A stretch of 49,036 nucleotides of DNA, taken from the IMG/VR virus record IMGVR_UViG_2531839476_000015, positions 1 through 49,036 of that record. One strand, written 5' to 3'. The notes under the pieces were generated by a model. It did no database searches. It worked only from the letters and a program-made list of their open reading frames with translations, and was not told where the DNA came from. A program made the position numbers and the translations under genes. Positions 37,714 to 49,036 of this stretch are shown here, piece after piece (within the stretch, counting starts at the first letter, position 1; each line of letters starts with the position of its first letter). Source of the DNA: a virus. Lineage: Duplodnaviria; Heunggongvirae; Uroviricota; Caudoviricetes.

Positions 37714-40700
37714 ATGGCGACGTTACGTGAACTGATTATCAAAATTTCGGCAAATTCACAGTCATTCCAGTCGGAGATCCAGCGGGCGTCCCGTATGGGC
37801 AGTGAATATTACCGGACCCTGCAGAATGGCGGACGTCAGGCTGCTGCGGCAGCCAGGGAGCAGCGCCGGGCTCTGGCTGAGCTGCACAGCCAGTTGACGG
37901 AAATCCGCGCTTCGGCTGTCGGAATGACCGGTGCGTTTGCCGGTGCCTTTGCCACCGGACACCTGATTTCGCTGGCGGATGAATGGAGCTCCGTGAATGC
38001 CCGTCTGAAACAGGCGTCGCAGTCATCGGATGAATTTGCGTCATCACAGAAAGTGCTGATGGATATCAGCCAGCGGACAGGCACCGCATTTTCGGATAAT
38101 GCGGCCCTGTTTGCCCGTTCGGCTGCCTCGATGCGTGAATATGGTTACAGTGCTGATGATGTGCTGAAGGTGACGGAGGCCATTTCGACAGGGCTGAAAA
38201 TCTCCGGTGCCAGTACGGCAGAGGCGGGCTCGGTGATCACCCAGTTCAGTCAGGCGCTGGCGCAGGGTGTATTGCGTGGTGAGGAGTTTAATTCGGTCAA
38301 TGAAAGTGGTGACCGGATCGTACGTGCACTGGCTGCGGGTATGGGCGTGGCCCGTAAAGATCTGAAGGCAATGGCGGATGACGGAAAACTGACAGCGGAT
38401 AAAGTGGTCCCCGCGTTAATCAGCCAGCTGGGGATATTACGTGATGAATATGCGGCCATGCCGGAAACGGTTTCCAGTAGTATCACAAAGGTGGAAAACG
38501 CCTTTATGGCCTGGGTGGGCGGTGCGAATGAGGCCAGCGGGGTGACAAAAACGCTCTCCGGCATGCTGAACGGTGTTGCCGGACAGATTGATAATGTGGC
38601 AACAGCCGTGGGCGCGCTGGTTGCCGTCGGGGTTGCCCGGTACTTTGGCAATATGGCCTCCGGAGCGATGTCTGCCACGGCAGGACTTGTGACGGCTGCA
38701 CGTAATGAAGTTGCACTGGCGGAAGCACAGTTCAGGGGAACGCAGATTGCCACGGCGCGGGCAAGGGCAGCCGTGTACCGTGCTCAGCAGGCCGTGGCGG
38801 CAGCCCGCGGGACGGAGATGCAGATTGCTGCAGAGGCCCGTCTGGCGGCCACACAGGAACGCCTGAACAGAAATATTGCTGCCAGAAGCGCCGCCCAGAA
38901 TGCGCTGAACAGTACAACGGCGGTGGGCTCACGTCTGATGAGCGGTGCGCTGGGGCTGGTTGGTGGCGTACCCGGACTGGTGATGCTGGGGGCTGCAGCA
39001 TGGTACACGCTGTACCAGAATCAGGAGCAGGCCAGGGAGTCTGCGCGCCAGTATGCACTGACGATAGATGAAATCGCGCATAAAACGCCGTCAATGTCTT
39101 TGCCTGAAGCCTCAGATAATGAAGGACGAACACGGGCGGCGCTGACAGAGCAGAACCGGCTGATTGATGAACAGGCCAGTCGGGTGAAATCCCTGCAGGA
39201 AAAAATCGCAGGATATCAGTATGTTCTGGCGAACCCGGGCTGGACGACCGGTGACGGATTCATGATAAACCATCTGACCTCGGTGAAGACCGTAACGGAA
39301 GGGCTTGCTCAGGCAACAGAGCAGCTTGCCGTTGAGCAGTCCCGTCTGGCACAGATGCAGGAAAAAGCGCAGTCCATTCAGGATGTGCTTGCCGGGCTGG
39401 AAGACCGTCGTGTGGCGTTAATTCGTCAGCAGGCGGCAGAGCAGAATAAGGTGTACCAGTCCATGCTGGTTATGAATGGTCAGCATACGGAATTCAACCG
39501 TCTGCTGGGGCTGGGTAATGAACTGCTTCAGCAGCGGCAGGGACTGGTGAATGTGCCGTTACGGCTGCCACAGGCCACTCTGGATGATAAACAGCAGAGT
39601 GCCCTGACAAAAACAGAGCGTGAGCTGGCCCTGTCCAGACTGAAAGGGGAAGAAAAAGAGCGTGTCCGGCTGGGGTATGCGGCGGATGACCTCGGTTTTG
39701 TGGGTGATCCGTATCAGGAGGCGAGACAACGTTATATCAGTAATGCCCTGGAAGCCTGGCGCAATAACGAGGCGAATAAACCCAAATCCCGGGGTGGAAA
39801 ATCAGAGACGGAAAAAGCGGAAGACAGTTTTTCCCGGCTGCTGAAGCAGCAGAAAGAGCAACTGGCACTGGCCGGTCAGAACACGGAGCTGGCGAAGCTG
39901 AAGTACCAGACAGCGCTGGGTGAACTGAAAACCCTGTCGGAGATACAGAAGCAGGAGCTGCTGCGTAACGCGGCCCTGATTGACCAGCAAAAAATCCGGG
40001 AACAGTTGCGATCCCGGGAAGAGACCCTGAAGAATGATAATGTGGCTGCGCGTGCATCAAATGAAGCCGAACTGCTGGGGTACGGGCAGGGAGAACGAGC
40101 CAGGGAACGCATGCGGGAGTTGCAGCAGATCCGCGACAGCTTCCGCCAGAAGGATGCGGACCTTCAGTCTCAGTATCAGACCGGGGATATCAGTGAGGAT
40201 TTTTACAGACAGGCGCTGGCGCAGAATGCACAGTATCTGAGTGAACGACTGAAAGAGCAGGAAGCCTTTTATGCCGAATCGGATGTGCAGCGTGCGGACT
40301 GGCAGAAAGGGCTGCAGGAGGGATTCAGTAACTGGGTGGATAATGCGTCCGATTACGCCTCACAGGCAGCACAGCTTGCGACGGAGGGTATCTCAGGGAT
40401 GGTGAATAACATCACGGAGATGCTGAACGGAAATAAAGTGGAATGGCGCAGCTGGGCCTCATCAGTGCTGCAGGAAATATCAAAAGTTCTTATGAATGCC
40501 GCGATTGTCAACGGAATTAAGACGGCGGCAAACGGTATGTCCGGTGCGGGAGGATTTCTCGGCAGCATTGGTGACTGGCTGGGCGGGGCGGTGGCCAATG
40601 CAAAAGGCGGCGTGTATACCTCGGCAAACCTGAGTGCGTACAGCAACAGTATTGTGGATACGCCCACGTACTTTGCCTTTGCAAAAGGGGCCGGGCTGAT

Positions 40701-40956
40701 GGGGGAGGCCGGACCTGAAGCCATTATGCCCCTGACCCGGGCGGCGGATGGCTCGCTGGGTGTGCGCGCGGTGGGTAGTATGTACGGCAGTGCGGGCCTG
40801 GTGTATTCCCCGGTCTACCATATCGCCATTCAGAATGACGGGACTAATGGCCAGATAGGGCCGGAGGCGGCAGGCAGTCTTGTGCAGCTGATTGACCAGC
40901 GGGTGCAGGCGGTGATGCTGTCCATGCGACGTGACGGAGGAATGCTGAGTGGCTGA
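37714..40956 (+). CDS. H: Tail tape measure protein
   Basis: 1080 aa, Ala/Gln-rich coiled-coil central region, canonical position. Confidence 0.92.
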   Translation: MATLRELIIKISANSQSFQSEIQRASRMGSEYYRTLQNGGRQAAAAAREQRRALAELHSQLTEIRASAVGMTGAFAGAFATGHLISLADEWSSVNARLKQASQSSDEFASSQKVLMDISQRTGTAFSDNAALFARSAASMREYGYSADDVLKVTEAISTGLKISGASTAEAGSVITQFSQALAQGVLRGEEFNSVNESGDRIVRALAAGMGVARKDLKAMADDGKLTADKVVPALISQLGILRDEYAAMPETVSSSITKVENAFMAWVGGANEASGVTKTLSGMLNGVAGQIDNVATAVGALVAVGVARYFGNMASGAMSATAGLVTAARNEVALAEAQFRGTQIATARARAAVYRAQQAVAAARGTEMQIAAEARLAATQERLNRNIAARSAAQNALNSTTAVGSRLMSGALGLVGGVPGLVMLGAAAWYTLYQNQEQARESARQYALTIDEIAHKTPSMSLPEASDNEGRTRAALTEQNRLIDEQASRVKSLQEKIAGYQYVLANPGWTTGDGFMINHLTSVKTVTEGLAQATEQLAVEQSRLAQMQEKAQSIQDVLAGLEDRRVALIRQQAAEQNKVYQSMLVMNGQHTEFNRLLGLGNELLQQRQGLVNVPLRLPQATLDDKQQSALTKTERELALSRLKGEEKERVRLGYAADDLGFVGDPYQEARQRYISNALEAWRNNEANKPKSRGGKSETEKAEDSFSRLLKQQKEQLALAGQNTELAKLKYQTALGELKTLSEIQKQELLRNAALIDQQKIREQLRSREETLKNDNVAARASNEAELLGYGQGERARERMRELQQIRDSFRQKDADLQSQYQTGDISEDFYRQALAQNAQYLSERLKEQEAFYAESDVQRADWQKGLQEGFSNWVDNASDYASQAAQLATEGISGMVNNITEMLNGNKVEWRSWASSVLQEISKVLMNAAIVNGIKTAANGMSGAGGFLGSIGDWLGGAVANAKGGVYTSANLSAYSNSIVDTPTYFAFAKGAGLMGEAGPEAIMPLTRAADGSLGVRAVGSMYGSAGLVYSPVYHIAIQNDGTNGQIGPEAAGSLVQLIDQRVQAVMLSMRRDGGMLSG

Positions 40957-41290
40957 GATAAAAACGCTGCATCTGGTCCCGCGTGAAGGGATGCAGGTGA
41001 GTGAGAAGCCGTCGGTGGTGAGGGTGCGGTTTGGTGACGGTTATGAACAGCGCCGCCCCACAGGGCTGAATCCTCAACTGAAGACGTTTCAGGCGGTGTT
41101 CCGGGTGACGGATGAGTCAACCCGGCGCTGGCTGGAAGAGTTTTTATCGTGGCATGGTGGTTACCGTGCCTTTTTGTGGCGACCGCCGAAACATAACCGG
41201 ACGGTGAGGGTTGTGTGCCGTGAGTGGAGTGTCACGGATAATGCCCGGTACAGTGATTTCAGTTGCACGATAGAGCAGGTGGTGAACTGA
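40949..41290 (+). CDS. M: Minor tail protein M
   Basis: 113 aa; VRFGDGY.QR...GLN..LKT. ... EQVVN matches lambda M. Confidence 0.85.
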   Translation: MAEIKTLHLVPREGMQVSEKPSVVRVRFGDGYEQRRPTGLNPQLKTFQAVFRVTDESTRRWLEEFLSWHGGYRAFLWRPPKHNRTVRVVCREWSVTDNARYSDFSCTIEQVVN

Positions 41291-41988
41291 TGCAGGATAT
41301 TCACGAAGAAAGCCTGAACGAGTCGGTTAAATCAGAGCAGTCACCGCGGGTGGTGCTCTGGGAAATTGACCTGACGGTGCAGGGTGGTGAGCGGTATTTT
41401 TTCTGCAATGAGCTGAATGAAAAAGGGGAGGCGGTTACCTGGCAGGGGCGGCAATATCAGGCATACCCGATTGACGGCAGTGGCTTTGAGATGAACGGGA
41501 AGGGCAGCAGTGCCCGCCCGTCGCTGACGGTGTCGAATCTGTTCGGTCTGGTCACCGGGATGGCGGAGGACCTGCAGAGCCTGGTGGGGGCCACGGTGGT
41601 CCGCCGCCGGGTGTATGCCCGTTTTCTGGATGCGGTGAATTTTGTGGCGGGCAATCCGGAAGCGGACCCGGAGCAGGAGCTGAGCGACCGCTGGGTGGTG
41701 GAGCAGATGTCAGAGCTGACGGCCATGACAGCCTCGTTTGTGCTGGCAACACCGACGGAGACGGACGGAGCGCTGTTTCCCGGTCGCATCATGCTGGCGA
41801 ACACCTGTATGTGGGATTACCGGGGAGATGAATGCGGGTATAACGGTCCTGCGGTGGCGGATGAGTTCGATAAACCCACCACCGATATCCGTAAGGACAG
41901 ATGCAGCAAGTGCATGCGCGGGTGTGAGATGCGCGGCATGGTGGCTAATTTTGGCGGTTTCCTTTCCATTAACAAACTTTCGCAGTAA
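41290..41988 (+). CDS. L: Minor tail protein L
   Basis: Start at MQDIHEESLNE (ATGA overlap with M stop); highly similar to lambda L, ending GNFGGFLSINKLSQ. Confidence 0.92.
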   Translation: MQDIHEESLNESVKSEQSPRVVLWEIDLTVQGGERYFFCNELNEKGEAVTWQGRQYQAYPIDGSGFEMNGKGSSARPSLTVSNLFGLVTGMAEDLQSLVGATVVRRRVYARFLDAVNFVAGNPEADPEQELSDRWVVEQMSELTAMTASFVLATPTETDGALFPGRIMLANTCMWDYRGDECGYNGPAVADEFDKPTTDIRKDRCSKCMRGCEMRGMVANFGGFLSINKLSQ

Positions 41989-41993
41989 ATCCA

Positions 41994-42737
41994 ATGACAC
42001 AGACAGAATCAGCGATTCTGGCGCATGCCCGGCGGTGTGTGCCTGCGGAGTCGTGCGGCTTCGTGGTGAGAACGCCGGAGGGGGAGCGGTATATCCCTTG
42101 TGTGAATATCTCTGCAGAGCCGGAGGCGTATTTTCGTATTGCACCGGAAGACTGGCTGCGGGCAGAGATGCAGGGGGAGATTGTGGCACTGGTCCACAGT
42201 CATCCCGGTGGTCTGCCCTGGCTGAGCGAGGCCGACCGGCGGCTGCAGATAAAAAGTGCACTGTCCTGGTGGCTGGTCTGCCGGGGGGAAATTCATAAAT
42301 TCCGCTGTGTGCCACATCTGACAGGACGGCGCTTTGAGCACGGGGTGACGGACTGTTACACGCTGTTCCGGGATGCATACCATCTGGCGGGAATTGATAT
42401 GCCGGATTTTGAGCGTGAGGATGACTGGTGGCGCAACGGTCAGAACCTGTACCTGGACAATATGGAGGCGACTGGTTTTTACAGGATTTCCCTGCCTTCC
42501 GCACAGCCTGGCGATATCCTGCTGTGCTGCTTTGGCGCATCGGTGGCCAATCATGCCGCCATATACTGCGGCAACGGTGAGCTGCTTCACCATCTGCCTG
42601 AACAACTGAGTAAACGGGAGAGGTATTCCGAAAAATGGCAACGACGAACGCATTCAGCCTGGCGTCACCGCCACTGGCACGTATCTGCCTTCACGGGGAT
42701 TTACAACGATTTGGCCGCCGCCTCAGCCTGTATGTGA
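41994..42737 (+). CDS. K: Tail assembly protein K (NlpC/P60 + JAB/MPN)
   Basis: 247 aa, MTQTESAILAHARRC..., near-identical to lambda K over most of its length. Confidence 0.92.
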   Translation: MTQTESAILAHARRCVPAESCGFVVRTPEGERYIPCVNISAEPEAYFRIAPEDWLRAEMQGEIVALVHSHPGGLPWLSEADRRLQIKSALSWWLVCRGEIHKFRCVPHLTGRRFEHGVTDCYTLFRDAYHLAGIDMPDFEREDDWWRNGQNLYLDNMEATGFYRISLPSAQPGDILLCCFGASVANHAAIYCGNGELLHHLPEQLSKRERYSEKWQRRTHSAWRHRHWHVSAFTGIYNDLAAASACM

Positions 42738-43315
42738 ACACGGCAGCGGAAGCCATCCGTGCCCTGTCGATGCAGATGCCGGGATTCCGCCGTCAGATGA
42801 ACGAAGGCTGGTACCAGATACGTATTCGCGGTGAGGACACGGCACCGGAGGCGGTGTACGCCCGTCTTCACGAACAGCTGGGTGAGGGAACGGTCATCCA
42901 CATTGTGCCGCGACTGGCCGGGGCCGGAAAGGGTGGACTGCAGATTGTGCTGGGGGCGGCAGCCATCGTGGGCTCTTTCTTCACCGCCGGCGCAACGATG
43001 GCGTTATGGGGTTCAGCTCTGGCAGCCGGCGGTTTTTCTGCCACCACGATGCTGTTTTCACTGGGGGCCAGCATGATACTGGGCGGTGTGGCCCAGATGC
43101 TGGCCCCGAAGGCAAAGACGCCGGAATACAGGGCAACGGATAACGGTAAACAGAACACGTACTTTTCGTCGCTGGATAACATGATTGCCCAGGGGAACCC
43201 GATGCCGGTGCCTTACGGTGAAATGCTGGTTGGCTCACGGCGAATCTCCCAGGACATCAGTACCCGTGATGAAGGCGGTGACGGGAAGGTGGTGGTTATC
43301 GGGCGGCAGGGGTAA
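42635..43315 (+). CDS. I: Tail assembly protein I
   Basis: 226 aa, ARICL.GDLQRFGRR... and C-terminal hydrophobic Gly-rich region match lambda I; overlaps K 3' end as in lambda. Confidence 0.88.
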   Translation: MATTNAFSLASPPLARICLHGDLQRFGRRLSLYVNTAAEAIRALSMQMPGFRRQMNEGWYQIRIRGEDTAPEAVYARLHEQLGEGTVIHIVPRLAGAGKGGLQIVLGAAAIVGSFFTAGATMALWGSALAAGGFSATTMLFSLGASMILGGVAQMLAPKAKTPEYRATDNGKQNTYFSSLDNMIAQGNPMPVPYGEMLVGSRRISQDISTRDEGGDGKVVVIGRQG

Positions 43316-43561
43316 AGCATAAAAAAATCCCGCAGTGTATGGAGGCTGCGGGAACAGAAAATGAAGATTAACCACAGGGAGTTTTGTTTTTATTGGCCCG
43401 AAAAAACTGTAACGCCCGGGAATGATATCTGCCACGGGGGCGTACAGAAAATGTGAAGAAATTCAGAAATTTTATTCCGTCATGACACAGGCACCCTCCG
43501 GGGTGCCTGTCGTTTTTGGGGCATAAACAGATTCAGACATCAGACAGGAGAGGGGGACAGA

Positions 43562-46500
43562 GTGGGTAAAGGTGGCGGCAGGGCGCACACGCCGGTTGAG
43601 GCAAAGGACAATCTTAAGTCCACGCAGATGATGAGCGTGATTGATGCCATCGGTGAGGGACCGGTGGAAGGTCCGGTGAAGGGGCTGCAGAGTATTCTGG
43701 TGAACAAAACCCCGCTGACGGACACGGACGGTAATCCTGTGATACATGGTGTGACAGCGGTCTGGCGCGCCGGGGAGCAGGAGCAGACACCGCCGGAAGG
43801 TTTTGAGTCATCCGGCTCTGAAACCGCACTGGGCGTGGAAGTGACGAAGGCAAAGCCGGTGACGCGCACCATTACGTCCGCGAACATTGACCGCCTGCGG
43901 GTTACCTTCGGGGTGCAGTCACTGGTGCAGACCACCTCACAGGGTGACCGTAACCCGGCATCCGTCCGCCTGCTGATTCAGCTGCAGCGTAACGGTAACT
44001 GGGTGACGGAAAAGGATGTCACCATTAACGGCAAGACCACCTCACAGTTCCTCGCTTCGGTGATTCTGGATAATCTGCCTCCCCGCCCCTTTAACATCCG
44101 GATGGTCAGGGAGACGGCGGACAGCACCACGGACCAGCTGCAGAATAAGACGCTCTGGTCGTCATACACCGAAATCATCGATGTGAAACAGTGCTACCCG
44201 AACACGGCGATTGTGGGGCTGCAGGTGGATGCGGAGCAGTTTGGCGGTCAGCAGATGACGGTGAACTACCATATCCGCGGTCGCATCATCCAGGTACCGT
44301 CAAACTATGACCCGGAAAAACGCACGTACAGCGGCATCTGGGACGGCAGCCTGAAACCGGCATACAGCAACAACCCGGCCTGGTGCCTGTGGGACATGCT
44401 GACTCACCCGCGCTACGGCATGGGAAAACGTCTGGGGGCGGCAGACGTGGACAAATGGGCGCTGTATGCCATTGCGCAGTACTGCGACCAGACGGTCCCG
44501 GATGGTTTCGGGGGCACAGAGCCGCGGATGACCTTTAATGCGTACCTGTCACAACAGCGTAAGGCGTGGGACGTTCTCAGTGATTTCTGCTCGGCGATGC
44601 GCTGTATGCCGGTATGGAACGGCCAGACGCTGACGTTCGTTCAGGACCGCCCGTCGGATGTGGTGTGGCCGTACACCAACTGCGATGTGGTGGTGGATGA
44701 TAACGGCGTGGGGTTCCGCTACAGCTTCAGTGCCCTGAAGGACCGGCACACGGCGGTGGAGGTGAATTACACCGACCCGCAGAACGGCTGGCAGACCTCC
44801 ACGGAACTGGTGGAAGACCCGGAAGCCATACTGCGCTACGGGCGCAACCTGCTGAAGATGGATGCGTTCGGCTGCACCAGTCGCGGTCAGGCCCACCGTG
44901 CCGGGCTGTGGGTGATAAAGACCGGACTGCTGGAAACGCAGACGGTGGATTTCACGCTCGGGTCACAGGGGCTGCGTCACACACCCGGTGACATTATTGA
45001 AATCTGTGATAACGACTATGCCGGGACCATGACCGGCGGACGTGTCCTGTCCATCGATGCCGCCAGCCGCACCCTGACACTGGACCGTGAGGTGACCCTG
45101 CCGGAGACAGGTGCCGCCACGGTGAACCTGATTAACGGTGGCGGTAAGCCGGTGAGCGTGGCCATCACCGCACACCCCGCGCCGGACCGGATACAGGTCA
45201 GTACCCTGCCGGATGGTGTGGAGACATACGGTGTGTGGGGGCTTTCCCTGCCGTCACTGCGTCGTCGCCTGTTTCGCTGTGTCTGCATCCGGGAAAACAC
45301 GGACGGCACTTTTGCCATCACGGCAGTGCAGCATGTGCCGGAAAAAGAAGCCATCGTGGATAACGGGGCCAGCTTTGAGCCGCAGTCAGGCACCCTGAAC
45401 AGCGTTATTCCACCGGCAGTGCAGCACCTGACGGTGGAGGTGAGCGCGGCTGACGGTCAGTATCTGGCACAGGCGAAATGGGACACGCCGCGGGTGGTGA
45501 AGGGTGTGCGCTTCAGTCTGCGCCTGACCAGCGGAAGCGGAGAAGACAGCCGTCTGGTGACCACCGCCATCACTGCGGATACAGAGCATCGTTTCAGTGG
45601 TCTGCCGCTCGGGGAATACACCCTGACAGTCAGGGCAATTAACAGTTATGGCCAGCAGGGCGAACCGGCCACCACCACGTTCAGGATTAATGCACCTGCG
45701 GTACCCGCCACGATTGAGCTGACGCCGGGGTATTTTCAGATAACGGCGGTCCCGCGTCTTGCGGTGTATGACCCGACGGTGCAGTTTGAATTCTGGTTCT
45801 CAGAAAAACGCATCACGAACACGGCACAGGTGGAAACCTCTGCCCGTTATCTGGGGACCGGCAGTCAGTGGAGTGTATCCGGCCCGCACATTAAGCCCGG
45901 GAAGGATTTCTGGTTTTACGTGCGCAGCGTCAACCTGGTGGGGAAATCTGCTTTTGTGGAAGCCAGTGGCCGGGCCAGCAATGATGCAGAAGGGTATCTG
46001 GGGCTGTTTCGGGAAAAAATAGGAAAACTGCATCTGGCTCAGGGGTTGTGGGAACTGATAGATAACAGCCAGCTTGCAGATGAGATGGCGGAGATGAAGA
46101 CCAGCATCACGGAAACCCGCAATGAAATCACACAGACGGTCAGTAAAACACTGGAGAACCAGAGCGCCACCATACAGCAGATACAGCGCGTGCAGAAGGA
46201 CACAAATGATGACCTGGCTGCGCTGTACATGCTGAAGGTTCAAAAAACGAAAGACGGCATTCCCTATGTGGCCGGGATTGGTGCAGGGATTGAGGATACT
46301 GATGGCCAGCCACTGAGCAACATACTGCTGCTGGCTGACCGTATCGCGATGATAAATCCGGAGAGCGGCAACAGCACGCCGTTATTTGTGGCGCAGGGGA
46401 ATCAGCTGTTCATGAACGACGTGTTCCTGAAACGACTGTTTGCGGTGAGTATCACGTCATCCGGCAACCCCCCGACGTTTTCCCTGACGCCGGAAGGGAA

Positions 46501-47038
46501 GCTGACAGCCAGGAACGCGGATATCAGCGGAGCAATTACCGCGAATACCGGCACGCTCAATAATGTCACCATTAACGAGAACTGTGTCATCAGAGGGAAA
46601 CTGTCTGCAAACCAGATTGAAGGCGACCTGGTGAAGACGGTGGGGAAAGCCTTTCCCCGGAATAACAGTTATGCCAGCGGGACGGTAACCGTCACAGTTT
46701 ACGATGACCAGGGCTTCGACCGGCAGATTATCATTCCCCCGGTGCTGTTTCGCGGGACGAAACACCAGAATTTCAACAGCCCGAATCAGCAGTCGTACTG
46801 GTATTCCACCTGTAAGCTGCAGGTGCTGAAGAACGGGGTTGAGATTTTCCATGAACCGGCAACGGATGTCAGCCGGGTGTTCTCATCGGTGATAGATATG
46901 CCGGCAGGGCGGGGTCATGTCACCCTGACGTTTAATGTGTCGTCGGCCGGTGCGAACAACTGGACGCCGACAACGTACATCAGTGATTTACTGGTTGTGG
47001 TCATGAAAAAATCCACGGCAGGGATCAGTATCAGCTGA
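43562..47038 (+). CDS. J: Tail tip / host specificity protein J
   Basis: 1158 aa, colinear with lambda J from [17 protein letters not shown] to the C-terminal receptor-binding region (which diverges); GTG start. Confidence 0.96.
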   Translation: MGKGGGRAHTPVEAKDNLKSTQMMSVIDAIGEGPVEGPVKGLQSILVNKTPLTDTDGNPVIHGVTAVWRAGEQEQTPPEGFESSGSETALGVEVTKAKPVTRTITSANIDRLRVTFGVQSLVQTTSQGDRNPASVRLLIQLQRNGNWVTEKDVTINGKTTSQFLASVILDNLPPRPFNIRMVRETADSTTDQLQNKTLWSSYTEIIDVKQCYPNTAIVGLQVDAEQFGGQQMTVNYHIRGRIIQVPSNYDPEKRTYSGIWDGSLKPAYSNNPAWCLWDMLTHPRYGMGKRLGAADVDKWALYAIAQYCDQTVPDGFGGTEPRMTFNAYLSQQRKAWDVLSDFCSAMRCMPVWNGQTLTFVQDRPSDVVWPYTNCDVVVDDNGVGFRYSFSALKDRHTAVEVNYTDPQNGWQTSTELVEDPEAILRYGRNLLKMDAFGCTSRGQAHRAGLWVIKTGLLETQTVDFTLGSQGLRHTPGDIIEICDNDYAGTMTGGRVLSIDAASRTLTLDREVTLPETGAATVNLINGGGKPVSVAITAHPAPDRIQVSTLPDGVETYGVWGLSLPSLRRRLFRCVCIRENTDGTFAITAVQHVPEKEAIVDNGASFEPQSGTLNSVIPPAVQHLTVEVSAADGQYLAQAKWDTPRVVKGVRFSLRLTSGSGEDSRLVTTAITADTEHRFSGLPLGEYTLTVRAINSYGQQGEPATTTFRINAPAVPATIELTPGYFQITAVPRLAVYDPTVQFEFWFSEKRITNTAQVETSARYLGTGSQWSVSGPHIKPGKDFWFYVRSVNLVGKSAFVEASGRASNDAEGYLGLFREKIGKLHLAQGLWELIDNSQLADEMAEMKTSITETRNEITQTVSKTLENQSATIQQIQRVQKDTNDDLAALYMLKVQKTKDGIPYVAGIGAGIEDTDGQPLSNILLLADRIAMINPESGNSTPLFVAQGNQLFMNDVFLKRLFAVSITSSGNPPTFSLTPEGKLTARNADISGAITANTGTLNNVTINENCVIRGKLSANQIEGDLVKTVGKAFPRNNSYASGTVTVTVYDDQGFDRQIIIPPVLFRGTKHQNFNSPNQQSYWYSTCKLQVLKNGVEIFHEPATDVSRVFSSVIDMPAGRGHVTLTFNVSSAGANNWTPTTYISDLLVVVMKKSTAGISIS

Positions 47039-47106
47039 CGGTTTATTAACCCGGACGGGCACCTCAGGAGGTGCCTTTTTTATTGACTGAAAACAAAGAG
47101 GTAATC

Positions 47107-47730
47107 ATGCGGCATTTATACGCAACGATATTATTGTTTACTACCCTGCTGGCAGGAATTGCCTTTCCTGCACAGGCTGAAAGCGGACACGGTGCATTTT
47201 CCGTGGGATATGCTCAGGTTCACCCGGGCGGCGTACCGGCATTGTCCGGTACCGGTGCGCGTGCAGGTGATTTAAAAGGGATTAATGTGAAATACCGTTA
47301 TGAGTTCACGGATCACCTGGGCGGCATTGTCGCGCTGAGTTATGCATCGGTGAAGAAAAGTGACACGATGAAGACGGGTGAAAATACCTTCCATTATGAA
47401 AGCCTGCGCGGTCGTTATGTCAGTCTGATGGCCGGCCCTGTCTGGCAGCTCAGTGAGCGGGTCAGTCTCTATGGCATGGCCGGGATGGCGTACACCCGCT
47501 GGTCTGACAGTGTTCAGGATTACCGGCGTGATGAAGTGAAACCGGGGTATGTGAAGGAGACCACCACCGCCAGTGATGGTCATACTGCGCGTCATCTGTC
47601 GCCGGCCTGGAATGCCGGGATTCAGTTCAGTCCCGTAGAGACGGTGGTTATTGACCTTGCTTATGAAGGCTCCGGCAGTGGCGACTGGCGCACTGACGGT
47701 TTCATTGTGGGGGTCGGTTATAAATTCTGA
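47107..47730 (+). CDS. lom: Lom outer-membrane beta-barrel protein (Ail/Lom family)
   Basis: Start at MRHLYATILLF; signal peptide then HGAFSVGYAQV...; C-terminus YEGSGSGDWRTDGFIVGVGYKF identical to lambda Lom. Confidence 0.88.
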   Translation: MRHLYATILLFTTLLAGIAFPAQAESGHGAFSVGYAQVHPGGVPALSGTGARAGDLKGINVKYRYEFTDHLGGIVALSYASVKKSDTMKTGENTFHYESLRGRYVSLMAGPVWQLSERVSLYGMAGMAYTRWSDSVQDYRRDEVKPGYVKETTTASDGHTARHLSPAWNAGIQFSPVETVVIDLAYEGSGSGDWRTDGFIVGVGYKF

Positions 47731-47794
47731 TTAGCCAGGTAACACAGAGTTATGACAGCCCGCCGGTTCTGGTGGGCGTTTTTGTGGGGTGAAT

Positions 47795-49036
47795 ATGGCA
47801 GTAAAGATTTCAGGTGTACTGAAAGACGGCACAGGAAAACCGGTAGAGAACTGCACCATTCAACTGAAAGCCAGACGGACCAGCAGCACGGTGGTGGTGA
47901 ACACGGTGGCCTCTGAAAATCCGGATGAAGCCGGTCGTTACAGCATGGACGTTGAGTACGGTCAGTACAGCGTCATTCTGTTGGTGGAAGGATTCCCGCC
48001 GTCACATGCCGGGACCATCACCGTGTATGAAGATTCTCAACCCGGTACGCTGAATGATTTTCTCGGTGCCATGTCGGAGGATGACGTCCGGCCGGAGGCA
48101 CTGCGTCGTTTTGAACTGATGGTGGAAGAAGCGGCGCGTCACGCTGAGGAGGCGAAGAAGAATGCCGGAGAGGCGGAGACGTCAGCGAGGAATGCCGGCA
48201 TATCAGCCAGTCAGGCAGAAGAGAGCGCTGCAAATGCTGACACTTCAGCAGGGGAGGCATCGGAGTCAGCCCGGCAGGCGGCAGAAAGTGCAGCCTCAGC
48301 AAAGCAGTCAGAGGATGCGTCCTCGTCCTCGGCTTCTGCGGCCGCTCAAAAAGCCAGTGAGTCATCACAAAGTGCAGCAGAAGCTGAATTGTCAAGAAAG
48401 ACGGCAGAAAGTGCAGCCGGTAATGCAGCCAGGGATGCAACGACCGCAACAGAAAAAGCCCGGGAGTCAGCAGAAAGCGCACAGTCAGCGGAACAAAGCA
48501 GGATAGCGGCGGAAGAGGCCGTAAACCGAATCCCCACCGTGGTGGGACCTCCCGGGCCAAAGGGGGAACAGGGGCCCGCTGGCCCTCAGGGGCCGAAGGG
48601 GGATAAGGGAGAGCGTGGCGACACCGGCCCGGCAGGGGCAACCGGTGAACGGGGGCCGGCAGGTGATGCTGGTCCGGCAGGCCCGCAGGGGCCGAAAGGC
48701 GACAGGGGAGAGCGGGGAGAGACCGGTCTGACGGGAAATGCAGGTCCACAGGGTCCAAAGGGAGATACCGGTGCGGCAGGCCCGGCAGGCCCACAGGGAC
48801 CGAAAGGAGAAACAGGTGCGGCTGGCCCGGTGGGGGCAACCGGACCTCAGGGACCGAAGGGCGACCCGGGGGAGACACAAATCCGTTTTCGTCTGGGGCC
48901 GGCGAGCATTATTGAGACAAACAGCAATGGCTGGTTCCCGGATACAGATGGCGCACTCATCACCGGACTGACCTTTCTTGACCCCAAAGATGCCACACAG
49001 GTTCAGGGGCTGTTTCAGCATTTGCAGGTCAGGTTT
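47795..49036 (+). CDS. stf: Side tail fibre Stf (3'-truncated by window end) with Ala/Ser-rich and collagen-like segments
   Basis: N-terminal 110 aa match lambda Stf ([27 protein letters not shown]...); the frame is open to the last base of the window. Confidence 0.88.
   Translation, partial: MAVKISGVLKDGTGKPVENCTIQLKARRTSSTVVVNTVASENPDEAGRYSMDVEYGQYSVILLVEGFPPSHAGTITVYEDSQPGTLNDFLGAMSEDDVRPEALRRFELMVEEAARHAEEAKKNAGEAETSARNAGISASQAEESAANADTSAGEASESARQAAESAASAKQSEDASSSSASAAAQKASESSQSAAEAELSRKTAESAAGNAARDATTATEKARESAESAQSAEQSRIAAEEAVNRIPTVVGPPGPKGEQGPAGPQGPKGDKGERGDTGPAGATGERGPAGDAGPAGPQGPKGDRGERGETGLTGNAGPQGPKGDTGAAGPAGPQGPKGETGAAGPVGATGPQGPKGDPGETQIRFRLGPASIIETNSNGWFPDTDGALITGLTFLDPKDATQVQGLFQHLQVRF
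48545..48874 (+). repeat. Collagen-like Gly-X-Y repeat region (about 36 triplets) within stf
   Basis: Protein residues 251-360 read [31 protein letters not shown]...; the GC-rich periodic DNA generates spurious antisense ORFs. Confidence 0.85.

Noticed and set aside
37739-40821. Multiple minus-strand and off-frame ORFs (for example 38250..38753, 38732..39133, 40353..40724) inside the tape measure gene
   Set aside because: Embedded in a 1080-aa frame with clear tape-measure character; their translations are Ala/Pro/Arg-rich with no start context.
48018-49021. Long minus-strand ORFs (286 aa and 178 aa) antisense to stf
   Set aside because: They lie opposite the collagen-like Gly-X-Y coding repeats; Pro/Arg/Leu-rich low-complexity translations are the expected antisense artefact of GC-rich periodic DNA, and the sense frame matches lambda Stf.

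Overview
This window is an almost complete lambdoid prophage, running from the integrase stop codon at position 1 to a 3'-truncated side tail fibre gene at the window end, with three accessory slots holding genes I cannot assign. The backbone is mosaic: a lambda-type immunity and early region (int, xis, exo, bet, gam, kil, cIII, ea10, N, nutL, OL/pL, cI, OR, cro, nutR, cII, O, P, ren, nin genes), a 933W/phage-21-type Q and lysis cassette with tRNA genes, an HK97-like head module with a prohead protease fused to the major capsid protein, and a lambda-type tail (V, G/GT with a -1 frameshift site, H, M, L, K, I, J, lom, stf). The most interesting loci are: (1) an AT-rich single-gene insert of 226-242 aa between N and ea10, in lambda's ral/sieB slot; (2) a three-gene cassette (113, 121 and 63 aa) coupled to the cI stop codon, in the slot where lambda carries rexA/rexB; (3) a hairpin-rich unit between two terminators with a 44-aa ORF next to OL. 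No Shiga toxin genes are present; the slot after the tRNAs holds a TerB-like protein and a small membrane protein ahead of a NanS-p-like esterase. O and a roi-like gene are frameshifted, so the prophage may be replication-defective. All assignments rest on reading the six-frame translations, recalled similarity to lambda/933W/HK97-family proteins and visible motifs; no database search was run. Coordinates of features not anchored to ORF-track ends are approximate to within a few nt.
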